DNA of 28,548 nucleotides from a virus (Duplodnaviria; Heunggongvirae; Uroviricota; Caudoviricetes): IMG/VR virus record IMGVR_UViG_2537562092_000003; one strand, 5' to 3'. Shown piece by piece: positions 8,175 to 16,825 of this stretch (position 1 is its first letter; each line of letters starts with the position of its first letter). The notes under the pieces were generated by a model. It saw only the letters and a program-made list of their open reading frames with translations, ran no database searches and was not told where the DNA came from. The position numbers and the translations under genes were made by a program.

Positions 8175-9632
8175 TTAGGAGCGCCAAAAAAAACCTGAAA
8201 ACAATATAATAACAGGATAAATTTCAAGGCGACCAAGAATCATAGCTATGCACATTAAATATTTTGCAATGTCATTAAGCACTCCGAATGACGATGCAGT
8301 AGCCCCAAAACCTAATCCCATATTATTAATACATGCAGCCACTGTTGCAAATGATGTAAGAAAATCATATCCCATACCATTTAACACCAGTATAAAAAAC
8401 ACCGTGAAGAGAGTATAAAGAAAAAAGAAACTCCATACAGACCTCATTACACGATCTGTAACTATCTTCCCTCCTACATTTACACTCAACAACGCTCTGG
8501 GATGAGAAAGCTGATTTATCTCGTGTTTGCTTTGTTTGAAAAGTATAAGAAATCGAAGTGACTTAATTCCACCACAAGTTGAACCTATACATCCCCCAAA
8601 GAAACTTGACAACAGCAAAAACACTATCGTGTGCGTGGGCCAGTTTGCATAATCCTGCGTAGCTAAACCATTATCAGTGAGCATGGAGCTGGCAAGAAAA
8701 AACGAATGAATAAAACTTCCATGCAAGTCATACATACCTATATGCCAGACCTGGAAAGAGGTAACAATGATCACCACTAAGGCTATTAACAGAAAGAAAC
8801 GAAGTTCAATATCTCTGATTAAAGGTTTTATCGTTTTCCTGCTAATAACAATATACCAAAGAGTGAAGTTGAAAGCCGATAGCAGGGAAAAAGAACCAGC
8901 CACCAGCTCAACCAAATAGTTATTAAAATATCCGATACTCTCGCTATGAGTTGAGAAACCACCAAGCGAAACTGTGGAAATCCCGTGACAAATAGCATCA
9001 AACAAAGGCATTCCTGCAAGTCTATAACAGACAATACAAGCAATACCTAATAAAGAATAAGTTATCCACAGTGTCCGTGACGTATCGGCCAGGCGGGGAG
9101 TGAGTTTGTCATCCTTAAATGGCCCCGGCATTTCTGACTGATAAAGCTTTGCACCACCAATACCCAATAATGGCAATACAGCAACCGCCAGAACAATAAC
9201 TCCTAAACCACCTATAAAATTTAACTGTGACCGATAGTACAAATATGCCCGAGGTAATGAACTAACATCATCAATTACAGTTGCTCCTGTTGTTGTTATT
9301 CCAGAAACCCCTTCGAAAAGAGCATCAATGAACGTTAAATTAAGTTCTGAGTCAATCCATAAAGGGAATGCACTAATAACAGAAAACAAAATCCAAAACA
9401 TTACAATTATAATAAACCCATCACGGGTACGTAATTGAATGCCAGATTTCTTAGTTGTATACCACGCTCCGCCACCAATGCAAAAAAATATAACGAAGGT
9501 TATAAAGAAAACGAACAGGCTTTTTTCTTTATAAAACAATGCTACAACCATTGGTGGCAACATTGAAAGACTATAGAGCCAAACCAGGAACCCACACATA
9601 TGAGTAACAACTCTTACATGAGATGTATTCAT
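8175..9632 (-). CDS. trkG: Trk-system potassium uptake protein TrkG (cargo)
   Basis: Polytopic membrane protein; from MNTSHVRVVTHMCGF... it is 485 aa, matching K-12 TrkG as recalled. Looks AT-rich by eye. Confidence 0.85.
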   Translation of the reverse strand: MNTSHVRVVTHMCGFLVWLYSLSMLPPMVVALFYKEKSLFVFFITFVIFFCIGGGAWYTTKKSGIQLRTRDGFIIIVMFWILFSVISAFPLWIDSELNLTFIDALFEGVSGITTTGATVIDDVSSLPRAYLYYRSQLNFIGGLGVIVLAVAVLPLLGIGGAKLYQSEMPGPFKDDKLTPRLADTSRTLWITYSLLGIACIVCYRLAGMPLFDAICHGISTVSLGGFSTHSESIGYFNNYLVELVAGSFSLLSAFNFTLWYIVISRKTIKPLIRDIELRFFLLIALVVIIVTSFQVWHIGMYDLHGSFIHSFFLASSMLTDNGLATQDYANWPTHTIVFLLLSSFFGGCIGSTCGGIKSLRFLILFKQSKHEINQLSHPRALLSVNVGGKIVTDRVMRSVWSFFFLYTLFTVFFILVLNGMGYDFLTSFATVAACINNMGLGFGATASSFGVLNDIAKYLMCIAMILGRLEIYPVIILFSGFFWRS

Positions 9633-9769
9633 ATCTAAATATTCTTTCAATTATAACCACCTTGCTGCAATATTATGATTATACTGTATAAAATTTAACT
9701 CCTCTTAGATCTTACTTCACTGTTCCTTATGAAACAATCATCAAAATAAATCATATTGTAGTTAAGATT

Positions 9770-10246
9770 TTACTTTAAACACTGTTCGGTTATGTATTGC
9801 TGAGCTCCTTCAAGTTGGGCCTGCATCATTACCAGTCGTTCCCGGAGGGTGAAATAATCCCGTTCAGCGGTGTCTGCCAGTCGGGGGGAGGCTGCATTAT
9901 CCACGCCGGAGGCGGTGGTGGCTTCACGCACTGACTGACAGACTGCTTTGATGTGCAACCGACGACGACCAGCGGCAACATCATCACGCAGAGCATCATT
10001 TTCAGCTTTCGCATCAGCTAACTCCTTCGTGTATTTTGCATCGAGCGCAGCAACATCACGCTGACGCATCTGCATGTCAGTAATTGCCGCGTTCGCCAGC
10101 TTCAGTTCTCTGGCATTTTTGTCGCGCTGGGCTTTATAGGTAATGGCGTTATCACGGTAATGATTAACAGCCCATGACAGGCAGACGATGATGCAGATAA
10201 CCAGAGCGGAGATAATCGCGGTTACTCTGTTCATTGCTGACCCCAC
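9770..10246 (-). CDS. rzpR: Rz-like inner-membrane spanin (i-spanin)
   Basis: N-terminal transmembrane segment then coiled-coil-like sequence; directly follows the endolysin gene. Confidence 0.8.
   Translation of the reverse strand: MGSAMNRVTAIISALVICIIVCLSWAVNHYRDNAITYKAQRDKNARELKLANAAITDMQMRQRDVAALDAKYTKELADAKAENDALRDDVAAGRRRLHIKAVCQSVREATTASGVDNAASPRLADTAERDYFTLRERLVMMQAQLEGAQQYITEQCLK
9829..10014 (-). CDS. rzoR: Rz1-like outer-membrane lipoprotein spanin (o-spanin), embedded in Rz in another frame
   Basis: Lipobox-like LVVVGC plus proline-rich PPPPPAW...PPPDW; wholly inside Rz. Confidence 0.75.
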   Translation of the reverse strand: MRKLKMMLCVMMLPLVVVGCTSKQSVSQCVKPPPPPAWIMQPPPDWQTPLNGIISPSGNDW

Positions 10247-10728
10247 AAACAGATTTCACGCTCAATCTCACGACGAGTCATGAGACCTTTCCATTGCTTA
10301 CCGCCAGCATATGTCCAGCGACGTAGCTGATCACATGCGCCTTTGATATCGCCCTGGTTTATTTTGCGAAGAAGCGTCGATGTTCTGAAATTGCCAGCAC
10401 CCACGTTGTAAACGAATGAGTAAAGAGCGCCGCGCGTTGTTTCCGGTATATCGACTTTGATGTACGGGTTAATTTGTCTGGCGACAGTGGCAAGGTCTTT
10501 ATTCAAGAGTGCCTTGCATTCTGCTTTGGTATACGTTTTACCGAGCATGATGTCTTTTCCTGTATGCCCGTGACATACAGTCCATACACCAACAATATCT
10601 TTGTATGGTATGTAGCTGACACCCTCCAGACCATCGTTACCACTTGAGCCAGTGATTAACACTGATGCTATAGCAATTGCTCCGCCACCAATAGCAGCAG
10701 CAACGGCTTTTCGTAATGATGGAGGCAT
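10231..10728 (-). CDS. SAR endolysin (phage lysozyme, P21 R-like)
   Basis: N-terminal signal-anchor-release segment [20 protein letters not shown] followed by a lysozyme core; closely matches P21 R21 as recalled. Confidence 0.85.
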   Translation of the reverse strand: MPPSLRKAVAAAIGGGAIAIASVLITGSSGNDGLEGVSYIPYKDIVGVWTVCHGHTGKDIMLGKTYTKAECKALLNKDLATVARQINPYIKVDIPETTRGALYSFVYNVGAGNFRTSTLLRKINQGDIKGACDQLRRWTYAGGKQWKGLMTRREIEREICLWGQQ

Positions 10729-10943
10729 TATTCACCTCTCGCAGCCTTGCGCTTATCTTCTTTAATCTTGAAATAAAGGTTTGTCAGGTACGTCAGCAGG
10801 CCAAATACCAAGCTACCCAGCACACCTATTGCTGCCCACTGTGAGGGCGTGACTTTATCGAGCAGCTGTAAAAACCAGTAGCCAGCACTGCCTGCGGAGG
10901 TGCCATAGGCGACACCCGTTGTTAACTTATCCATGGATTTCAT
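10728..10943 (-). CDS. Pinholin (P21 S21-like) with dual-start motif
   Basis: [26 protein letters not shown]..., 71 aa, with SD GAGGTGGGGG upstream of the ATG at 10943. The track ORF extends further upstream without support. Confidence 0.8.
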
Positions 10944-11283
10944 AACCCCCACCTCGCAGATGCGGGCGCTGTGTAACGGAAACAAAAAATGGCCACCAGC
11001 GGCCCGTAAAAAACACCCCGTCAAAAGCACCGGCATCCGCAGATGCCCTTTGCGTGGCGTTATTTGATGCGCGCCAGATGTGGCGCAAAGAAATGAAATA
11101 AGACTTATCGAAAATTAAGGTTAATTTGATGATTTAAACCACTTCTGAAGCTTAGTAGTATGAACATGTCCCCAGAAGGGGGCCAATACTTATTATTCTT
11201 CATGGACTTTGTCCCGCGGTCTTAATCCGACGACCGCGCTACTTTTCACCCTCTCGCAAATTGCTATCTAAAGGACGTTGTCC

Positions 11284-11316
11284 CACGAGTATTCCTGGAT
11301 GCTCGTGTCTTTTTTT
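11284..11316 (+). terminator. Plus-strand intrinsic terminator-like hairpin
   Basis: CACGAG-tattcctggatg-CTCGTG followed by TCTTTTTTTGTCT. Confidence 0.5.
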
Positions 11317-11329
11317 GTCTGATGCAGGT

Positions 11330-11358
11330 ATAAAAAAAAACCGCCAGATATGGCGGTT
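11330..11358 (-). terminator. Minus-strand intrinsic terminator downstream of the tRNA pair
   Basis: Minus-strand AACCGCCATATCTGGCGGTT followed by a run of nine T. Confidence 0.6.
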
Positions 11359-11722
11359 GGTCAATGTATAAGATAAATCATTTTAATTGTAATAAAAATC
11401 GAGGTGTCGGGTGCCTCCCGAAATATCTGTCCCTACAACAAATATTGTGATTCCCCGCTAAACCACTATATAAACCACCCTCGCACTGAGGAACACCTCT
11501 GTGGTGCTTTTACAACACCAGAATGATGCATCACCGACCCTGCCAGGAAATACAAAATCTCCACCGATAATGCACCATTCTGCTGTCGTAAAAAAATCAG
11601 CACTGAGGCTACACCTGGCCTCAAATCATAGCCAGAGAACAGAATGCTTTTCCAAAACAACCTGCTCCCACGTAATAAAAAATACGCCAGTGCCGCAATA
11701 CAATAAGGCTTGTTTCAAATGC

Positions 11723-11797
<75 letters not shown>

Positions 11798-11800
11798 ATA

Positions 11801-11876
<76 letters not shown>

Positions 11877-12104
11877 ATTGGTTCTTCAGGGGAGCGATAT
11901 CACCGATCAAAGAAGAGTTCCACCTCAGAACCGTTTTCGATAATACGATTTAATATTCCAATCGCAACAACACTTTGCGTCAAGTTATGTAAATTTATTT
12001 ATGTATTTTTATTTTATGTGAACATTTCACCTTCATTTAAAATATACGCGACAATATATAAACAAATTTATTTTGAAGGCAATTATTAAATGTCGTTTCT
12101 TATA

Positions 12105-12143
12105 TCACACCACAAAAACAACAAAACCCGCTCGATGCGGGTT
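12105..12143 (-). terminator. tR'-like intrinsic terminator about 100 nt downstream of the Q-like gene
   Basis: Minus-strand AACCCGC-atcga-GCGGGTT followed by TTTGTTGTTTTTG. Confidence 0.6.
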
Positions 12144-12228
12144 CTATTAAAGTTTAATTGCGCTTGATTCGCCACGCGATACAGCTTTGCGAAGCGTAGC
12201 AAAATTGAAGCAGTTTATGCGTAAAAAA

Positions 12229-12771
12229 TCAAGCCGTTTTTTGAGCGAATGATTCTCGCATGGGAATGTATAGCGCATACTCAGCAACGGCCAACCAATT
12301 AGCAATTCGCTTTTCGCATGTGCTAAAACACCACTCTGGGTGTGCATCATTTAGCAATTCAGCCATTTTGCGTTTGGTCATCCCCCGCCCCTCATACCGT
12401 TGCCGAAGGACGCTAATCAATCCTGGATGCTCTGCCAGCACCTCACTTATGACTCGATCAATACATAACGCCTCTGCATCAGTACAATGCGCCAGCCAGC
12501 TCTTTTGCTTGCCGTTGATCATCTCTCTCAAAAACGCTTCCAGCTCAGCTTTCTCTATTCCCGCTTTTTTCATTCTGCGCAGGGCTTCATTGATGGCTGT
12601 TTTCGTCAATTTTTTGGATGCCAACAACTGATTGAACATATTTCCTGACCTGCCACCGCCAATATACGACCAGCGCCCCCACATACGCAGTTTGCCCTGA
12701 ATCCAGACACTTTCCAGCGTGGCGAGACGAAGGTGTTCTCCGCTTTTTCCTGTATTCGTTGGGTAAATCAC
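12229..12771 (-). CDS. Putative late-gene antiterminator (Q-like)
   Basis: Called mainly from position (upstream of tR'-like terminator, tRNAs and lysis genes). Proposed GTG start at 12771 with SD GGAGGG, overlapping the upstream stop as GTGA; the first ATG would be 12684. Confidence 0.5.
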   Translation of the reverse strand: MIYPTNTGKSGEHLRLATLESVWIQGKLRMWGRWSYIGGGRSGNMFNQLLASKKLTKTAINEALRRMKKAGIEKAELEAFLREMINGKQKSWLAHCTDAEALCIDRVISEVLAEHPGLISVLRQRYEGRGMTKRKMAELLNDAHPEWCFSTCEKRIANWLAVAEYALYIPMRESFAQKTA

Positions 12772-13058
12772 AAATATCCCTCCTTTCTCCAGATTTCTTG
12801 TGTGCGAAAAACACCTTCTGCATGCATCAGGCGTAATTCTTCTTTGGTGTAATCGCTGGTTTTTACCCGCCCGTCGATTAGATCGTGGCATGAGCTACAG
12901 GCAATCGCCGCCTGCATATCGTGTGGTTTTGTCGCTGTTCCGCACGTTCCCGCCAGTCGGTAATGCGCCAGCACAGACGTTTCCGGATCGTGATTGCAGT
13001 AGCCAGGAATTCTGACGGTGCACATCTGCCCCCGCGCCGCTTTACGTAAATCCACCAT
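12768..13058 (-). CDS. DUF1364-family protein (YbcO-like)
   Basis: LRKAARGQMCTVRIPGYC...ETSVLAH...GTATKPHD...AIACSSCHD matches DLP12 YbcO as recalled. Confidence 0.7.
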   Translation of the reverse strand: MVDLRKAARGQMCTVRIPGYCNHDPETSVLAHYRLAGTCGTATKPHDMQAAIACSSCHDLIDGRVKTSDYTKEELRLMHAEGVFRTQEIWRKEGYL

Positions 13059-13657
13059 TACGCAAACTCCAGCAGCTGCGCGGCCACATTTTCGACTTGT
13101 TCCAGAGAGGAAAATTTACGGAACAGAATCCAGTTCCACAGCACATTCAGAACAGATTTATAAACCTGCTGAAACTCGGTTTCGTCCATATTCGCAAAAG
13201 CGATGGATTTCGCCCGACGCCCATGGCTACCGTCCGGATAAAAATGTTCGGTGTAAAATCCAGCCTGAATGGTTACCCACTCGCGAAAAGCCTCAAACGA
13301 CTTTAGCAATGCCGCATCCCGGGTTCTGCGTGTCGCAACTGTATTCAGATATTGCTCTGCGGCATCACTCAGGGCTGGCGTGTGTTCCCGACCAACTGAT
13401 TCGCACAGGTAATCAACGAAACCAGACAGCAGTTCTCGTTCGCGAGGCGTGATCGCCCCACCGACCGGAGTCCAGTAATCGAATCCCAGTTGCAGGAGTT
13501 TGAAAAAACGCTTGTGGAATGCGTAGTTACGCACACGCTTAAAATCAGCGTGTATCCACTCGCCTATTTTAATTTGATGCAGAAAATCACAACTCTCCGG
13601 CGTCGCCGGGAGAAGTAAACCAGAAGAAGTTTGTTTGACCAGTTGTATATGCGCCAT
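13058..13657 (-). CDS. DUF1367-family protein (YbcN-like)
   Basis: About 200 aa with ADFKRVRNYAFHKRFFKLLQLGFDYW, consistent with DUF1367 (recall); lies in the nin region. Confidence 0.6.
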   Translation of the reverse strand: MAHIQLVKQTSSGLLLPATPESCDFLHQIKIGEWIHADFKRVRNYAFHKRFFKLLQLGFDYWTPVGGAITPRERELLSGFVDYLCESVGREHTPALSDAAEQYLNTVATRRTRDAALLKSFEAFREWVTIQAGFYTEHFYPDGSHGRRAKSIAFANMDETEFQQVYKSVLNVLWNWILFRKFSSLEQVENVAAQLLEFA

Positions 13658-13843
13658 TTCTCAATCTCTCTATGGCGCAGTGCAGCAGATGCCAGTTGTT
13701 CAGGCTGACGAATAAAGTATAAATAAACTGGCTATGGTGTAAAGCCCCACATAGCATGAACAAACACTACATATCAAATAGCTGGTACAAGGATAGAAAT
13801 ACGACACTTATTATTAAAAACGATTAGCTAAATTACATTTTAA

Positions 13844-13874
13844 TGTTATGAAAAAGTTCTTTTTTATCATAACA
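13844..13874. repeat. Inverted repeat TGTTATGA-N15-TCATAACA
   Basis: Read directly; sits about 65 bp upstream of the small ORF at 13938. Confidence 0.5.
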
Positions 13875-13937
13875 TTTCAATAAAAGCATTACAGATGCAA
13901 TCATCCCGTCATCATCAATTATTTAAGGTGGTTAAAC

Positions 13938-14024
13938 ATGGAAAATAACAAGTTTGCACATCTCGCTCCTTTTTTATCCGTAATCCTTTTCGCTTGTTGT
14001 TTTATATGGGCATTATTTTTATAA
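13938..14024 (+). CDS. Candidate small hydrophobic peptide (28 aa)
   Basis: MENNKFAHLAPFLSVILFACCFIWALFL with SD AAGGTGG 7 nt upstream; one predicted transmembrane helix. Below the track's length cutoff; hypothetical. Confidence 0.3.
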   Translation: MENNKFAHLAPFLSVILFACCFIWALFL

Positions 14025-14527
14025 AGTAGCCACATGATAAGTTGCTGGAATCATGTTTCCCACTCAAGTCATTAACATTTGATAAGACATATCTAAAAGA
14101 ATGCCTTTACACTATTTGATGCATATATGATTTATTTATATGCACAGTAAAGGTACCTGGGAATAATCAGGATTAATGATATATTACTTATCTTATTCCC
14201 AACTGTCTTTCACCTGGGAAAACATTTATCGTTAAAAAATATATCATAAATAATTAAGCTGAAATTTCAGAACACAACTAATGCACACAATAAGGTTCAG
14301 TAACAGTAATCTATGTGGAATGCATCGAGATTTCTTGATTAAACTTTAATAACTTATTCCTAACACACAGAATGCATAAACCAAAAGAAAAACAAGTAGT
14401 TACACCAAAAACAACCATATTTATTCTATCTACTCCTCTAATCAACATATCAATTATGTGTTTCATAACAGCTTGACATAACTCCTCAAAAGGAGCATTC
14501 ATAATGCATGTTTTATAGGAGGTGGTT

Positions 14528-14866
14528 ATGACACACAAGAGAATTCCTAAAGATTGGGTAATCAAACGCTCAACTCCGTTCTTCACAAAAGAGAACGTAC
14601 CTTCAGCATTATTAACACATCATAATACAGCAGCAGGTGTTTTTGGGCAGTTGTGCGTAATGGAAGGCACTGTAACATATTATGGTTTTGCTGATGAGAA
14701 TACTACTGAACCAGAGATAAAAGTAGTTATTAATGCTGGCTCTTTTGCAACAAGCCCACCACAATACTGGCACCGTGTTGAACTAAGCGATGATGCTCAG
14801 TTTAATATTAACTTTTGGGTCGCTCCAGACTTCTCAGGCGAAAAAGTCTATAGCACCAAAAAATAG
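14528..14866 (+). CDS. DUF1971-family protein (YeaR / TehB N-terminal domain-like)
   Basis: RSTPFF...HNTAAGVFGQLCVMEGTVTYYGF...QYWHRVELSDDAQFNINFWVAPD parallels E. coli YeaR as recalled; SD TAGGAGG before the ATG at 14528. Confidence 0.65.
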   Translation: MTHKRIPKDWVIKRSTPFFTKENVPSALLTHHNTAAGVFGQLCVMEGTVTYYGFADENTTEPEIKVVINAGSFATSPPQYWHRVELSDDAQFNINFWVAPDFSGEKVYSTKK

Positions 14867-14895
14867 ATGATCATATTAAAAATGCTTTAACAGTC

Positions 14896-14934
14896 AGACC
14901 CGGCAGGGCTATCCCCGACGGGTCTCCTTTTTGT
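14896..14934 (+). terminator. Intrinsic terminator after the DUF1971 gene
   Basis: AGACCCG...CGGGTCT stem followed by CCTTTTTGT. Confidence 0.55.
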
Positions 14935-15477
14935 AAATATTTTGGTTCTACATTGCCAGGAGACTTCGACCATAAGAAGTAATCTGAATACTTAAGAAAT
15001 AAATTTACTTCAGATTAATGAGCGCACCTTGCCGGACAAAGATAAACCAGGCAAACGCTTTTTTTAGCCAGTATGTAATCAATCAGAAAGTCGCTCCATA
15101 AGAACAACAACAAGGCAATAAATTGCCACCACAGCCACTATTGCTAACGCACACTTCAGAACCAGCACAACAATCTCCTGTTTTTGACGTATACATACAC
15201 TGATAAATATGTGGCTTTGTACTCACTACTTCAATAAACAAGTGTCAGTGGTGCGTAATTAAATAATACAGTCTGTTTTCAGCCAGGAACAGACATCAGG
15301 TAAAAGAATGAAAAACTATTTTGAGCTACATCATAGCTACAAGATTTCTGCTAATTTCAAGATGAGCAGGTCATTGCTGGCATAGGTGACCTGCCTATTA
15401 GTCATGATGATTCGAAAATTACGGTCGGCATACCATATATAGAAACGTTGTGACACTCTGTTGACGTAATGTAAAAA

Positions 15478-16146
15478 TCATTCCTGCCCTTCTTCTTTAC
15501 CGTAGTGGAGTTGACCAATTTTGATAAGAGGGCGTCCCTGGGATTTGCGGTGTAAATTGGTATCGCGAAGTGAATACACGCAACCACAATATTCCTGCTG
15601 ATAGAATTGTTCGCGTTTGCTGATTTCAATCATGCGGGACGAGCCTCCCTGCTTGCGCCAGTTATAATCCCAGTACACCATGCCCGGATAATGTGCGACA
15701 GCTCGCCGTCCGCTGTCGTTAACCTGCTGCATATTTTTCCAGCGAGAAATGCCCAGTGAACTGCTGATCACACTGAAACCATTTTCAGCGGCGTACAGCG
15801 CCGTCCGTTCAAAACGCATGTCAAAACACATAGTACAACGCCTCCCACGTTCGGGCTCCCATTCCATTCCTTTGGCTCGCTCAAACCAGTTGTCAGTGTC
15901 GTAATCAGCATCGATAAACGGTACACCATGTTGTTCAGCATATCGAATATTCTCATTCTTACGAATCAAATACTCTTTCTGAGGATGAATGTTCGGATTA
16001 TAGAAGAAGATGGTGTAGTCGATTCCTGAGGCCTGAAGAGCCTCCATCACTTCACCGGAACATGGTGCACAACAAGAGTGTAATAGTAGTTTGTTTGCCC
16101 CGTTTGGGAGCTCCAACTTAGGACGTTTGAAATCAGCAACTGTCAT
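15478..16146 (-). CDS. queH: Epoxyqueuosine reductase QueH-like (DUF208)
   Basis: N-terminal [11 protein letters not shown] and C-terminal QEYCGCVYS cysteine motifs characteristic of DUF208/QueH (recall). Confidence 0.65.
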   Translation of the reverse strand: MTVADFKRPKLELPNGANKLLLHSCCAPCSGEVMEALQASGIDYTIFFYNPNIHPQKEYLIRKNENIRYAEQHGVPFIDADYDTDNWFERAKGMEWEPERGRRCTMCFDMRFERTALYAAENGFSVISSSLGISRWKNMQQVNDSGRRAVAHYPGMVYWDYNWRKQGGSSRMIEISKREQFYQQEYCGCVYSLRDTNLHRKSQGRPLIKIGQLHYGKEEGQE

Positions 16147-16416
16147 AAATGTTTACGTCGGGGTAATGAAACTTGCAAGTTGTGTAGCATCAGAGTGTAC
16201 TGCCCCAAAAAGTTGGCAGTTAAACGAGAGGCTACACATTTTGAGCAAGATTTCAAGATCAACTAATCCCCCTTTTTTGAACAGCGTCCTGATGATACCA
16301 ATCAGATCGCATTACAATGCCACCTTAGCTGATAAGTCAGTTGATTGTTTCGTCAAAATGCTTCTTAATACCGTAAACTTATTACTCCAGCACAGATAAC
16401 ATATAATGAAATAGCC

Positions 16417-16689
16417 ATGAAAATAGATATTAAAAATAAAAATGGGAATACACAACACCTGGACGTGTCATCGTTGATTATTACGCTTAATAATGGGGAA
16501 ACGATTGAAATCACAGATGAAAACAAAAGTCGCCCAATCGATATACCTGAGGGAGTTACAGTGTGGGGAGGCCGGGCTCCCGATAAAGAAGCAAGCATAG
16601 ATCAACTAAAAAAGACAACTCGTAGCATAGGAATATATCCACTAGCCTCCAATATGGTGCACATATTCCCTTATTCTTTAAAAAAGTAA
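16417..16689 (+). CDS. Hypothetical protein (orphan, opposite strand to phage operon)
   Basis: 90-aa hydrophilic ORF; weak ribosome-binding site; no family recognised. Confidence 0.3.
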   Translation: MKIDIKNKNGNTQHLDVSSLIITLNNGETIEITDENKSRPIDIPEGVTVWGGRAPDKEASIDQLKKTTRSIGIYPLASNMVHIFPYSLKK

Positions 16690-16825
16690 AATCTTATGTA
16701 GCGTTTTAGCAGATACAAAATAAAGAGTGGAACTAAATTTGATTTTAGCGCAGTGCCAGATGAGGCGATGGCTCTGCGCCGTAGATACACCAACTTAAAC
16801 TTGAGCGATTACATTTTGATTTTGC

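Noticed and set aside
8828-9043. 71-aa ORF inside trkG
   Set aside because: Out-of-frame overlap within a well-supported transporter gene.
9651-9769. Possible LexA box (CTGTATAAAATTTAAC) upstream of trkG
   Set aside because: Only one half-site (CTGT) is present; the partner ACAG at the correct spacing is missing.
10944-11036. N-terminal extension of the holin ORF ([10 protein letters not shown]...)
   Set aside because: No ribosome-binding site and no similarity to holin N-termini; the MKSM start at 10943 has a strong SD.
12147-13015. Several overlapping ORFs around the Q-like and DUF1364 genes (12147-12350, 12260-12631, 12587-12823, 12800-13015)
   Set aside because: Alternative-frame or antisense overlaps of the better-supported Q-like and DUF1364 reading frames.
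13018-13452. 144-aa plus-strand ORF antisense to the DUF1367 gene
   Set aside because: Antisense to a gene with a recognisable family signature; no independent support.
14311-14586. 91-aa minus-strand ORF overlapping the promoter and start of the DUF1971 gene
   Set aside because: Overlaps the SD and start of a better-supported gene; no ribosome-binding site.
15402-16399. ORFs 15402-15629, 15768-15956 (-) and 16091-16399 (+) around the QueH-like gene
   Set aside because: Out-of-frame or antisense overlaps of the QueH-like gene, or located in its promoter region.
16365-16598. 77-aa minus-strand ORF antisense to the 90-aa orphan
   Set aside because: Hydrophobic low-complexity translation antisense to another ORF. 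Support for either is weak, and I kept only the plus-strand one, at low confidence.
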